Positions 12,001-24,817 of a stretch of DNA of 64,000 nucleotides are shown here, piece by piece (the first letter of the stretch is position 1; each line of letters opens with the position of its first letter). The notes under the pieces are model-generated. The model did not search any database and had not been told where the DNA came from. It saw only the letters and a program-made list of their open reading frames with translations. Position numbers and translations under genes: made by a program. Source of the DNA: Phaeosaccion multiseriatum (lineage: Eukaryota; Protista; Ochrophyta, other classes); the NCBI GenBank assembly GCA_965112735.1, contig OZ218951.1:4154001-4218000 (forward strand). The letters run 5' to 3'.

Positions 12001-15000
12001 TCCTGCCGGAGGAGGGAGAGGACACTCGAGGAGACGCAAGAGGAGGAGGGGTAGGCCGCACGAACAAGAGGAGGGCCAAGGGTGGAAAGAGCCTCAAAGA
12101 GATGGTATCCATGCTGATGAGCGGTGACAAGGAGAAGGCAGTGGATGGCGCGGGCAAGGGGACGGAGGAGGCGGAGGGGGCCAAAGGACAGGGAAGCGGC
12201 AGCACGGACGGGCCGAGGGACATGGATGTGGAGGATGAGGGGGATGTGGGCAAGTCAAAGGGGAAGGGGAAGGCGAAGGCGAAGGCGGCGGGGAAAGGTG
12301 GAGAGGACGGTGCGAATGAGGGTAAGGAGGAGGCGAAAGCAAGTGGTGGGCGCGACGTTCCGGGCTCTGCTGCCCAGAAAGAAGAAGGGAAAACCAAAGG
12401 CAAGGGGAAAGCAAAGGGCAGAGGCAGCAGCAGCAAGGCGGAGGGCACTACGAAAGAGGAAGGGCAGGAGGAAGAGAAGAAGAGCAGCAGCGGTAGCGGA
12501 GACTCCGAAGGCGGAGCTGCTGCGGAGGCTTCAAATCCGCAGTGGGCTTGTGAGCTCTGCACTTTCATCAATTTCTCCAAGGCACTGCTGGCGTGTGAGA
12601 TTTGCGGTACTGCCAATCCCCACGTTCAGGTGCGTACCATTCGTGTGGATTTTGGTCATTAAGGAGGGTTGTTATTCGTTGGTCTGTTTGGTCTATTCTC
12701 TCTTAGCCCCTTCCCCGGCACACCTCTCCCTCCCCCTGCTGAGATGGGCGGGGCATGTGTGTGTGTGCGTGTGTGTGTGGGAGGGGGGGGGGGAAGGGAA
12801 TTCTCCTTTGTGCCCGTGGAACGAACAAACTGGCGCTACGTTTCGGTAATTCCACCCAAGCCTTCGAACGCTCACACACACAGCCACACACTAATTTTAT
12901 TTTGTGCCACACCCACCCCTTCCTCTCTCTCCCCACGCCTCGCTCGATGCGCTGGCTGGGTTTGCTGACTCCCTCTACAGGACCTCGGGGGCGGCGGGGG
13001 AGACGCCGGTGGTGGGAGGTCGGCAGCAGCAGCGGGTAGAGGGGGAGGAGGAGGAGCAGGAGCAGGCGGGTCTGGAGGCCAGCAGATGGACGCCGTCGCT
13101 GCTCTTATTGCGGCCGCGGCCCCTACCTCTCCGCCTCCCTCCCTCCCCGAGCTGGACCCTGAGGCCTGCTTTGACAGCGTGGCGGAGGTATACTCTGAGA
13201 TGAAGGGTTTGCTCGGAGCCTTCGCAGAGCAGTTGCTGGAGCCCCTCCTGCGCCTCTTGCCTGTCTGTGCGGCGGTCATCCCCGGGGTGGAGAGGACTGT
13301 CCTGAGGGTACTGCGCTGTCTGCAGGCGCATGGTGAGTGGAGAAGCGAGGAGAAGTGAGAGAGGGGCGAGAGAGTCCTAATCTAGTCTCTCTCACACCAC
13401 CGATCGGCCTGCTGTCCCCTGCTCAGACTGACTCTCTCTCTCTCTATCGTATCCCTCCCTCCCTCCCTCCCTCCCTCCATCCATCCATCCATCCCTCCTC
13501 CGGCTCTCGAATGCTGCGCCAGGGATGGAGGGGATGGGCAGTGCTGAGCACGCACCAGCCATGGCAGCGGCATTGGCGTACATGATGATCTTCAGACGGC
13601 AAAGGGGGCAACAACGAGGGGGAGAGGAGGGGGGGCGAGGGAAGCACACAAACCACCAAGGTCATGGCCAAGGTCACGCCAATCAGTCTGGTGTTGTTGT
13701 CCCCCCTGTTGGGAGCCAGATTGAGACCAGAACAGCGGCGTTGTCTGAGCTGTCTGAGCAGCAGAGACAGGTGCTTAACCTCAGCGTCTCCCTCTTGACG
13801 CTCTCTCCACGGCTCTACATGCCTCTCTTTGCCAGCAGCGGTCTAGTGGAGTGGGTGAGGCATCTCAAGAGCTCCCTCGCCCTCGTCCCACCCTCCTCTC
13901 CTAGCGGCGGCGGTGGTGCTGACTCCAAGCTGCTGCCGGGTGGTGTGGACGTGAGCAACAAGGGCAAGGGGAAGGGGAAGGGCAAGGCAAAGGGCAAGGC
14001 CAAGGAGAAGGCAGCGGACGGAAGATCGAAGAAGCAACAGGAGGAAGCAGAGGGTATCGGAAAAGAGGAGGAAGAGGCAGCGCGCGCTCGAGAGGCCGAA
14101 ATCATGAGAGATGTGGAGGCTTTCCTTGGGCATGTGTCTCTCGTTTCGCCGGCAAACGCGAGCAGCAGCATCAGCAAGAGCAAAGGCAGGAGTAGGAACA
14201 GAAGTGGAAGCAGCAGTGACGGTACCAAGGAGGGAAAGGCGCAAGCCGAGAACGCACATGAGGGCATTGAAGGTAATGCGGTGGTATTGGCGGAAGTGGC
14301 ATCTGCGCTGTACTCTGCGGCCGTGATGCTGCCTGCAGGGGGCAAGGGAGGAGGCAGCAAAGCGGGCGACAGTAGCAGCAGCAGTAGCGTCGTCGTCGGT
14401 GGCGGTAGCGGCAACAAGGTCAGTAGGAAGCGATCCAGGGCTCAGCAGGAGAGACAGCAGCAGGAGTATGAGCAGCAGCAAGAAGAGGAGCAGCAGCAGC
14501 AGCAGCACACCGAGACCACACATGCTGCCGGTGCAGCAGAGGAGAGGAGTCGACAGGCCCTCAAAACTCTCGCCATGGCGCTGCAGCCGCCACCGCAGCA
14601 GCAGAGACGACAAGGAGGAGAAGGCGCCACCCCAGCAGCGGGCGTCACTCCATTTGCACTGCGGCAAAGCGGAGTCCTACCCAGTGTTCTCAAGTACTTG
14701 CTCAGCATGCTGCCACCCCCCCCCGCCCTGGCTGCTGCCGAGAGTGATTCGAGTGCGGCTGCCAGGGCGGCGGAGTGGTTCGCTGATCCAGCCGTGCAGC
14801 GCAGCCGAGCGCGCAAGCTGGAGGCCTTTGCCGAGGCTTTCATTAGTTCACAGCCTCGGGCCTCTGGAGCGGGGGGGGGGGAGGGAGTAGCCCACTTGGC
14901 TCACTCACCCGATAGTTGCGCTGGCGCGTCCTCTCCTCTCCCGCCCCTCTCTGGGCTCATTTCGAGCATCCAGGACTGTCTCCGCCTGCCGTGCGAGGGG

Positions 15001-18000
15001 GTCAAGGTGGTGACGCATGGAGGGCTCCACGAGGCGTCTCGGCTTAGGGCCTTGCTCAAGCCGATGAAGATTCATGTGAGGATGGCCCAGCCGACGCCGA
15101 CATCACACAACAGGGTTGTTGCAGCAGACACGGCTGCGGTGGTGGCAAAAACAGGGAAGAGCAAAGCGCGCAGTAGTGGCGGTGGTGCCAAGGGCAGCAG
15201 CAGCACCAGCAGCACCAGCAGAGAGCGCGAACGTGAACTCAAGGCCGACCTGGAGCAGCAGAAGATCCTCCGCCAAGCTGCCAGGTACTGCCTGCCCGTC
15301 CTACTGGTGGAGCCCTTGACGACTTCGAGAGAGGTGTGCTCCTTCCTTGGGGCTCAGCTCATGAAGGGCGTGCAGCACGTCATGGTGCAGCAGCAGCAGC
15401 AGAGGCGAAGGGACAAGGCGGCGGCGGAGAGAGCCGCGGCTTCGAGGTCGGCAGCGGTGCTTGCCTCTGCCAACGCTATGCGAAGAGGAGGAGGAGGAGG
15501 AGGAGGAGGGGGGGGGGGGGGCAGCACTTCCGTCTTCGCCAAGGGCTTCAGCCTCGTCCTCAGCCTCAGCGCCAAGCACGTTGGAAGCAACAGCAGCGGC
15601 AGTGGAAGCAACAGCGGCAGGCTTGGGGGGGGCGCCATCCTCCTCATCGGAGGGCAGACCAAGACGGGGATCACCCAGGTGAGTCAGAGCTACAGGGGGG
15701 GGGGGGGACGACAAGGAGGAAGGAGGAGAGCATGCAGACGGAAGGGAGGAGGAGGAGGAGGAGGAAGGAGTGCATGTAAGGGGGGGAGGAAGGGGAGGAG
15801 GAAGGAGGAGAGCTTACAGGCGGAGGGGGGGAGGAGGAAGACTTAGGAGAGCACCCGGGACCCTTGAGTGGAGCCGTGTTTGGTGTTCCGTGGTTGGTTT
15901 TCGGCTGACTGAACTAGTGACCATCTTAACACCCCCCGTCTCTACGCCCGCTCTCTCTATCGGCCTCGCTTTGCCCCTCTTTTTGTCTCCTCTCTCTGCA
16001 ACGATGGTGCGCCTCCGTCTCTCTAGACTGCCACAAAGAAGCCCTCGCAGCGGGAGTGGTGACTCGGGCTCGATGGGGGTGGCCGCCCCAACCACATCAG
16101 AGACATCGCATTCGATTCCGATGGCTCCGACAAGGGGCCGCGGGGGTGGAAATGCCTCTTCGACTTCGGGATCAAGCGCCGCTCTATCACACGCGGCTTC
16201 TGCTTCTGCTTCTGCATCTGCATCTTCTTCCTCTCGGGCCTCTTCTAAATCAAGATGTGAAGGGAAAGGAGAACTGCTCTTGTCCGCTAGGGGTGTGCAG
16301 GAGGGAGGAGGGGCAGTCGCAGCTGCTGCAGAGGGCGGAGACGGAGCGCCTCGCGTAGAGGAGAGGGAGAGGGAGAAGGGGGAGAGGGAAGAGGACGCTG
16401 TCGAAGACATGGGTGTAGGGGCTGCGGGCGACGCCAGCATTGCCTCTCGGCTTCATAAGAGGAGACGACAGGTATCGTGGAGTGAGCCTTCAGGGGCCAG
16501 TGAAAGCGCTGCTGGGGGCGCCGCCTCCTCCCCCGCCGCTGCTTCTCCAAGAGCAGGGAGGAGAGGCAGCAGCAGTGGAGCAGCAGCAGCAGCAGCAGGA
16601 GGAGGAGGAGGAGGAGATGAGAGTGTGGAGACTGCAGAGCCACAAGCAAAGGTTCTTCAGACTCTGCGGAAGGGACAAGAGGTGAGGGCGATGAACGAAG
16701 TGAAGTGAACCTGTGCTGTGGACTGTAGAATACATGGTACTAAGATACTTCCCCCTGCGTTTTGTGAATAAGGAAGGGGCTTGGGGGGGGGCTGTTCAAC
16801 TGTGCGCCCTTGGGGGACGGGGAGGCTCACTCTCAAACAACTTCTCCTGTTAACGAGTGACTTGCATTCACTGACTTGTTCTTGCCTCCCACCTTGTGTG
16901 CCTTCGCGCGTGCGTGCCTGCGTGCCTGCGTGCCTGCGTGAGTAGGTATACAGCTGTTTCAGTGTGAAAGGCGCAGCGGTGTGGTTCAAAGGCATTGTGA
17001 AGGGCACCCACAAGGCAAGGCCCTCTCCTTCCAGCAGCAGCGATGGGAGCAGCGAGTCATACCCCACCTTCGATGTCAAGTACAACGATGGGGAGGTGAG
17101 GCAGCGCGTGGACAGGAGGGACGTGCGCTTGGCCGTGCCGGTGGGAGCCACTCTGTGGAGGCGCTCATCAGGTAAGAGAGAGAGAGAGATAGCAAATAAC
17201 AGAGCGAAGAGTGGGCCATGTATGTATGTATGGACACCAACTACAAACTAGTTGGGTGTTTTTTTGTTGTTGTTTTGTGTTTCACTCAAACTTGTCGTTC
17301 TGGCCTTCTTCGCCACTTCTCCTTTGCCGCCTACCCTACCTACCTACCTTCGTACCTGCGTACCCACTGCCTACCTTCCTACCTACCTACCCATACCAAA
17401 ATCACCCGAATGATGTCTGCAGGGACTAGCAACATGGGTCCTCCCACCGGTGGCGACAGGGGGGGCAGAGGGGGCAGTGGGAGAGAGAGGAAGCACCGGA
17501 CCAGCAGGCGGCCTGCGCCTGACACTGATCGTGACATGACGGGTAGGGGTGGGGGTGGCTCTATCAGCAAGGGCAGCAGCAGCAGCAGCAGCAGCAGCGG
17601 GAGGGCTGGTGGCAAAGGTAAAAGCAGACACGCTGCTGGTAGAGCAGTAAGCAGCAACAGCACGCCCTCGTCCACTCCTCGCCAAGCCTCCTCCTCCGGT
17701 GCTCCTTCCTCCGGCCCCTCCACGGCGGCGGCTCTTCCGTCTTCCTCTTCTTCAAGCAGTGCCAGTGCCGCCGCCGTTCTGGCCAGGGCGCGGGCTGCGT
17801 CTGCGGCCTCTACGGCGGCTGCTCACTCGGATTGGGGAGCTCCCACCGGACCCAGTGGAGGATCCAGTGCGAGAGCTAGTGCTGCTGCTGCTGCTGCTGC
17901 TGCTGCTACGGCTGTCGCCGCACCGTCTGTTCCGCCCGATGTGGCTGCTGCGCATCATCGCCGAGAGGAGGAGCGAATGCGCAGTCTTCTCATGGGCGAG

Positions 18001-21000
18001 TCTTCGTCTGCGGCGGCCCTCGCTAATGCCCCCATCCTGAGGCGAATCATTCCGGGCATGGTAAGAGGAGTATAGGTAGAAGTAGGAGGAGGAGGAGGAG
18101 GAGGAGGAGGAGGAGGAGGAGGTGCCGCACATGTTCTTCTTCCTCCACACCCACGCGCCTCGCCTTGCTCAGCCTTCGGAGCCCCGCATGGGGAAATCCA
18201 AAAGGTATCCTTTCGCTCGTACAACCGCGCTTTTCCCACCCTCAGCTCCGTTGTTATTATTGTTGTTGTTATTGTTGTTCTTGCGGCGGCTGCTGCTGCT
18301 GGTATTGTTGTATTGTTTCCCCCCCCCCCCGCCCGTCCAGGTGTCCGAGGACAGCCCCACGGTGGCACGTTGTCTGCTGCGCCTGAGGCCCAGAGCGGTC
18401 CCAACTCCGTCCGCCTCAGCCGCAGCCGCAGCCGCATCGGCAGCAGCCAAGGGGGGTGAAGTTGGGCAGGGAGGGGGAGGGGGAGGGGCGGCGAAGAGAG
18501 GTGCCAAAAGCGGTGGGGCGTCGAGCAATGCCAGCAGCAGCAGCAGCAGCAGCAGCGGTACAGCCCCCCCATCGGCCTCAGCATCAGCAGGGACAGGGAC
18601 GGCAGGCGCCGCAAAGCCCAAGAGCAAGAGCAAGGGCAAGGGCAAGGGCAAGGGCAAAGAAGCGGTCGGGGCAGACGGGGCGGCTGGTACAGCAGCAGGC
18701 CTGGCAGGCAGAGGGTCCCCTCGCCGCAGCTCCAGGTCTGCCGTTGCGGCAGGGGCAGCGGTTGGTGATACACCAGCAGGCGCAGCGGCTGGCGCAAGCA
18801 CGAGTCGGAAGAGAGGTGCGGATCAAACCGGGGGCGCGGCGAAGAGGGCGAAGGCTTCTTCTCCCGGTGCCTCCGTTGGTGGTGGTGCTGCTGCTCCGGC
18901 TGGTGCTTCTTCTGCCTCCTCGCCGAAGGCTGCCCCACTGGCGCAAGTCAAGGTGGAGGCACGGAAGCGCAGCCGGGACGAGCGCAAGGCTGGAAGCAGT
19001 CGTAGTAAAGGAGGTGGTAGCAGCGGCACCGGAAAGAGTAGGAGGAAGGTTTGTCCAAAGGCGGCGAAGGGTAGCAGCAGCAGCAGCAGCAGTAGCAGCA
19101 ACAGCAGGAGCAGCAGCAGCAGGAGCAGCAGCAGTAGCGCAGGGGCAGGGGCAGGGGCCAGTCAAGGGCATACCAAAGCTCGCCACGTGGGCAGCAGCGC
19201 GGCAAGCCGGCCCAGCAGCCACAGCCACAAGCCGCAGGTCCATCGTCTGCAGTGGAAGCTGAGCGTTTTGTCATCGGAGGAGGAGGGCAGCGCGTCAGCG
19301 AGCATTGGGGGGCGGTTGCCTTCCTCCTCCTCCTCTTCTTCGGCGGAGTGTTCTGTGATGCTGTCGCAGGCCTCTGACTTACCCTCCGGATGCACAATCT
19401 TTGAGGCCATGCAATTGCTTCTGGCCAGGGAGAAGCAGCGGCCGGAGGAGCGGGAGGAGCCGCAGCAGAGACTGCTGTTGGGCAGGCAGCAGCACAGGAA
19501 CGAGGAAGTGTCAGTGGAGGAATGGAGCCGCTCCTTCGTGTTGGAGTACAGCTATGCCCCTCTCTTGCCCACTTGCGAGGCAGCGCAGACCACTGGGACA
19601 AGGACAGTGACGACGGAAACCGCTGTTAACACTGTTAGCAGTAGCAGCAGTGGGGGCAGCAGCAAGGCGGTCAAGGGGGTACAACTGCCAAAGGTAGGTC
19701 GAGGATCGGGAAGGTTTTGGTGGCGCCTGCTGTGGTTCTTGGGATTGACGTGTGTTGTGTGACTGTTGTGACTTGTTGAGATGATGCGACTTGCTTTGCT
19801 TTTGCTTTGGTGGCCTCCTCTCTTGCTGTAGGGTCTAGGGGCAAGAGAAGCCTTGCTTCCCGTACGCTTCTTTGGTGGAATGATTGCATTGGTAGCAATG
19901 CCCTCCGCGACCCTCCCTCTTCCCTCTTGCCTCACCACTCTCTCTGCGCTCCTTGCCTCATCGTTCACTCCTCTATTCCCTGCCCATATTCCCCCATCAC
20001 CCCTCCCTCTCCAGGCCCTGCCGGCTGCAGCCACGCCTCTCGACGCCCAACTCACGTTTGTTCAGGCCAATTTCTCTCAAGACCTGGGCACAGTGCTAGA
20101 GGACACTGCGTCTGTCCGCTCTTCAGAGTGTGTGGTGTGTGCAGTTGCCGCTGAGGGTGATGGGTCCTCAGAGGCGGCAGGGGGAGGGGCAGAGGACAAC
20201 GACGATGAGGCGCCTCGCCACACGAAGAGAGGCAAGACCTCGGAGGCGGGTGCTGCGGCTACTGCGGCTGCGGCTGCTACGAATAGCGGTGGCGCTTCTT
20301 CCAAGAGAAAGGTGGCCAAGGCCAAAGCCAAGGCGATGGCGATATCAGCAGCAGCTGTAGCTACCATTGGCGCTACCACTGGCGGCGGACATGGGCAGCT
20401 GGTGAAGCGTGAGGGCAGTAGTCGTATGGCGGCTCTGTGTGCTCTGTCGTCTGCCGAACAGCGAGTCCTGCTGGGGCTGCTCAGTGTCCTACACCAACTG
20501 TGCGCCGCGTATCCTCAGCTCTGCGCGATGAGTGGGGGTGCCGCCGCGGGTGAGGGGGAGGGCTCTGCTTCTGCAGCTGCTGTTCTTCCGCCGATGGGTG
20601 CGGAGGTGCGGAAGGCTCTCCTCAAGCAGTGTGTGGTGCCCGGCCTGTCGAGGAAACTCATGCTTCAGTGTCTGGATCCCGTCTCCGTATGTGCGGGTAA
20701 GTTACAAGAGAGGAAGAGAGGGTAGTGAGTGAGTGAGTGAACGGGTGAGTGAGTGAGTGAGTGAGTGAGTGAGTGAATGGGGAGTGAGTGAGTGAGTGAG
20801 TGAGTGAGTGAGTGAATAGGTGAGTGAGTGAGTGAGTGAGTGAGAAAGGGTGTCGGTCGGCCGGTCGAGACGCACTCCTTACCCAAGAGCTCCACCTTTC
20901 TTGCCTTGCCGAACACTTTCACTCAACCACTCACCTTAGTGACACAAACCACACATCCTAGATCCTACCCTCCTCTCCCTCCCTTCATCTACACTATCCT

Positions 21001-23267
21001 ACCCTCCTCTCCGTCCCTTCATCTATACCCTGAACCTCTCTCCCTTCCTCCCTCCCCCCCTTCCCGCCCTTCCTCTCTCCCTACCCTCCCTCCCTCCCTC
21101 CAGGTGTCTTGCCGCAGTGGTGCGGAGTGGCTGCCCGCAGTCTCCCTGAGCTCCTGTCTCTCGAGGCCCGCTCTCTCTTCCTAGAGAGATCAAGCTTCGG
21201 CGCTGCCCGTGCCGTCATGGCAGTCCAAATGCAGGCCAAGAGCGCCTCAGGCGGACAGTCGCTCTTTGGCCCCGGCATTGGAGACGACCCCGGGCCGGGA
21301 GGGGATGGAGCAGCGGGGGGGCGTGGTGGGGCGGCGGGCGGAGGAGGAGGCGGTGGGGGGCTGTCGTCGTCCTCCTCCTCCTCGGTCGTTGGCGTGCAGC
21401 AGCAGCGTGGCTCCACGCTTTCCCAGCACCTCAATCAGGTGAGTATATATGTATGTATCTTTCCACCCTGTCCAAGTCTTGGTTGTTTTGAGACTTTGTC
21501 TTCCTGGCCTGTATCTGGTAAGAGACACTCACTGTTCTAAACCACTACCCCTCTTTGAACTGAAAACCCCCGTCCCCCTCTCCCCGCCTCCTTCTCAGTT
21601 GGGCCGCGCACAGCGATTGAAGGTGTCTCTCGACCGCGACCATGTCCTCAACGCGGCCGAGGTGTTGATGCAGACTCTTGTCAGTGGCGTGGTGCGGCCA
21701 AGCAGCAGCAGTAGCAGCACAGAAGCAGCGGCAGCAGCAGCGGCGGCAGCAGCAGTGGCAGCCGCCGGGGGTGGGAGCAAGGCGGGGGCGGCGTCGTCAT
21801 CTCCTCCCCTGGCTGCTCGTTCATCCCTCACCGCATCCTCCTCAGGAACTCCGGGTAGCACCAGCAGCGGGAGGAGGGGATTGAGCACGGCAGCTGCTGT
21901 CCCAGGGGGGGAGGCTATGATGCTGGACATTGAGGAGCCCGTCGGACGGCACTCATATCACGGGCAGGAGGAGGAGGAGGAGCAGCAGGAGGAGGAGGAG
22001 GAGGAGGAGGAGGAGGAGGAGGAGGAGGAGGAGGAGGATGAGGAGGAGGAGGAGGAGGAGAATGAAGAAGAGGTCCACCATGCGCCGTCCCCCTGGGGAG
22101 ATCTTTCCGGGGGGGGGGGAGGGCAAGGGCAAGGCGGGGGAGACAGCGAAGAGGAGAGGCAGCAGCAGCAGCAGCAGGAGGAGGAGGAGGAGGAGGAGAA
22201 GGATGAGGAGGAGGAGGATGAGGAGGAGGAAGAACGGCAGGAGCAGCAGGAGGCGGCGGCGGCGGCTACTGCTGCTGAGGCGTCGACAAGGAGCGAGCGA
22301 ATTGAGATCAGTCAGGGCTTGGAGTCCTTGCTGCTCGTGGAGTTCGAGGGGGAGACGGGGCACGGGACAGGCCCCACGCAAGAGGTGAGTGCGTGAGTGA
22401 GTGAGTGAGTAAGTGAGTGAGTGGATGCCGGCTCGGCTCGGCTAAAGCTAAAGGCTAGGCTTAAGGCGAGAGTAGGCCAAGAGTGGGACGACTGATTGGG
22501 TAGCGATCACCCAATGCCGCCAGGGAGGGGCTGTTTTGTTCTATTTCTATTCCAAAGGGTCCCCGCAAAGGTCCCCCCTGCTGCCGCTGCTGCTGCTGTA
22601 TCACCAACTGCTGCTACTGCTGCTGCTGCTGTGGTGACTCAGCGTGCATTGAAGCGGAGGATGCTCTTTTTTGTTGGGGTTTCATGGGCTTTACCTTTAT
22701 ATGCAATGGTGTACTGGTAGACTCTCTTCGCCCGTGCTGACCCGCCTCGCTACTGCGTGCCTCTCGTCGCTCGCTCGCTTCTCTTCTTCCCTGCTTGCAG
22801 TTCTTTACACTCGTGTGCAGGGCGCTCCAACGGAAGGGCCTGGGGATTTGGAGGGGAGACGACAAGAAAGGAACAGCGGGCAACTCGAGCAGCGGCGGCG
22901 ATGGCGTCAAGAGCAAAGCCAAGGGCCAGAGTAAGGGCAAGAGCAGCAAGCCATCACCAGCAGAGGCAGGGGCAGAGGCAGGGGTTAGTTCGCCTTTGCC
23001 TGAGTATGTGCACAGCGCCGGCGGGCTGTTTCCTTCTCCGCTGGCAACACGGGAAAGCATCGATGGATCACATCCAGCAAGCGCTGGAGGAGGAGGGCAT
23101 TCGGCGCTCAGCCCGGAGCACGTGCCGCACCTCCTCCGCTTCCGCTTCCTTGGGCGGCTCATCGGAAAGGCCCTGAAGGACGGCCGCTTCTTGGACTTGC
23201 CTTTCTCGCTCCCTCTGTGCAAGCTCTTGGTGGGGGCAGTCAATCGCCGCCCAGTCCATGCCGGCAG

Positions 23268-23310
<43 letters not shown>

Positions 23311-23478
23311 GGTGGTGGTGGTGGTGGTGCGGTGGAGGACGTGGAGGCAATCATCGGTGAGGGTGTGCCCATGACTCTGGATGACGTGGCGCTGATTGAC
23401 GGGCAGCTTGGAAGCAGCTTGCGTTCCGTACTTCAAGTGGCCAATCGCTGGCGGCGAGCCCAAGCCCGAGTCCAAGCC

Positions 23479-23509
<31 letters not shown>

Positions 23510-24817
23510 GAGGAGGAGGAGGAGCAGTTGGTGATACGGCAGCAGCAGCAGCTGCTGCTGCCAAGGAGCTGTCTGCTGTGGAGGAGATTGCCGAGTCGCT
23601 TTGTCTATCTTGGACGCTGCCTGGTGCGCCATGGTATGTCCTCAAGACCAAGACCAAGAAAGGCCTTAATATGGTCGAAGGGGGGGAGGACGAGGAGGAA
23701 GAGACCGTGACAGCGGCGGAGTTGCACGAATGGCTGGACCTGGTTGTGAGGCACCTGCTCGTGGATAGTGTGGCTCATCAGGTGCGCCAAATGCTGCTGG
23801 GTCTGAGAGAGCTGGTGGCACAGCCCGACTGCCTAAGGTCCCTCACTGCGGTGGAGCTGCACGGGCTGTTGAGCGGGGCCACAGGGGCTGAAGCCGGGGG
23901 GGAGGATGGGTGGAGCTATGAGACCATCATGGGCAGTATTGTGTGCCAGCATGGATACACCAAGGAGAGTGCGCAGGTGCGGCATTTGGTGTCGATTCTG
24001 TCGGAGCTGAAGGGGGAGCAGAGACGCCTCTTGTTGACCTTCATTACGGGAACACCTCGCCTACCTATTGGGGGCTTTGCGGCGTTGCAGCCGAGGCTCA
24101 CCATTGTTCGCAAGGACTTGCCCCCCGGGAGTAGGGTGGATGACAACCTGCCCAGCTGCAGCACATGCCAGGTGAGGCGGTGAGGGGGGTTGAGGGGAGT
24201 GAGGGGGGGGGGGGGGGGGTGAGGGAGGGGGGGAGGGAAGGGAGACCATAAATGGGATGTGACAGGCAGGACAGGCAACTCGCACACACGTTTTGTACTG
24301 ATGCGGAATGAATGCGTAGTAGGAAACAAGCTTGGCTCGACAGAGTAACATAAGGGGGGGCTGATGGGAGGCAGATACTGCTTGCTGCTCACTGTGGGCG
24401 CTTGGCGTGTGGAGAGCTAGCTGTCCTTACTTGCCGTTTTTTCCCCCTTCAGCTTGTTCTTGCTTGACTTTCACGTGTAGCATGCGTTAGGTTAGGTGTG
24501 TGCGTGTTTTTGGATGGGTGCATGCATGAGGCCGCCTGTCTGTCTGTCTCTCTCTCTGTCTGTCTACTGTGGGTTGAGGGGATATTGAAGCGCTGTCCTC
24601 CTGTCCCTGTATTGATTGATTGGCAACCAACCCACCCCACCCCACCCCACCTGCCCCCCCCTGCATCACCTACTTCTCTGCTTTGCGCTGCTGTATCACC
24701 AACTGCTCTGCTCTGAAGGTGTACCTGAAGCTCCCTCCGTACTCGGGCAGGGAGGTGATGAAGAAGAAGCTTCTGCACGCCATCACGGAGGGGCAGGAGC
24801 ACTTCGCGCTGGACTGA
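9077..24817 (+). CDS. HECT E3 ubiquitin ligase, TRIP12/UPL3/Ufd4 type (ARM repeats + RanBP2-type zinc finger + Tudor-like domain + HECT)
   Basis: 16 exons: 9077-9103, 9237-9442, 9803-10073, 10575-11432, 11640-12629, 12981-13332, 13523-15678 (needs a 1-nt correction in the G run 15508-15521), 16027-16681, 16946-17171, 17423-18060, 18341-19693, 20015-20696, 21104-21438, 21599-22384, 22801-24171, 24719-24817. ARM motif LCARLLNITDMDLAEQCL..AGGMKACLVYFDFY..QKKAL. HECT motifs LLVEFEGETGHGTGPTQEFF, FRFLGRLIGKALKDGRFLDLPFS, FITGTPRLPIGGFAALQPRLTIVRK, and catalytic LPSCSTCQ|VYLKLPPYS. An in-frame TGA at 9038 lies upstream of ATG 9077. Confidence 0.9.
20723..20843 (+). repeat. (GTGA)n tetranucleotide array at the 5' end of HECT intron 12
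   Basis: About 120 nt of near-perfect GAGT repeats. Similar arrays at about 10116-10216, 22385-22423 and 44206-44300. Confidence 0.9.

Noticed and set aside
15990-16010. Apparent non-canonical ACG| acceptor giving an in-frame join for HECT exon 8
   Set aside because: A 1-nt G-run correction with the canonical TAG at 16026 is simpler and gives a more plausible peptide.
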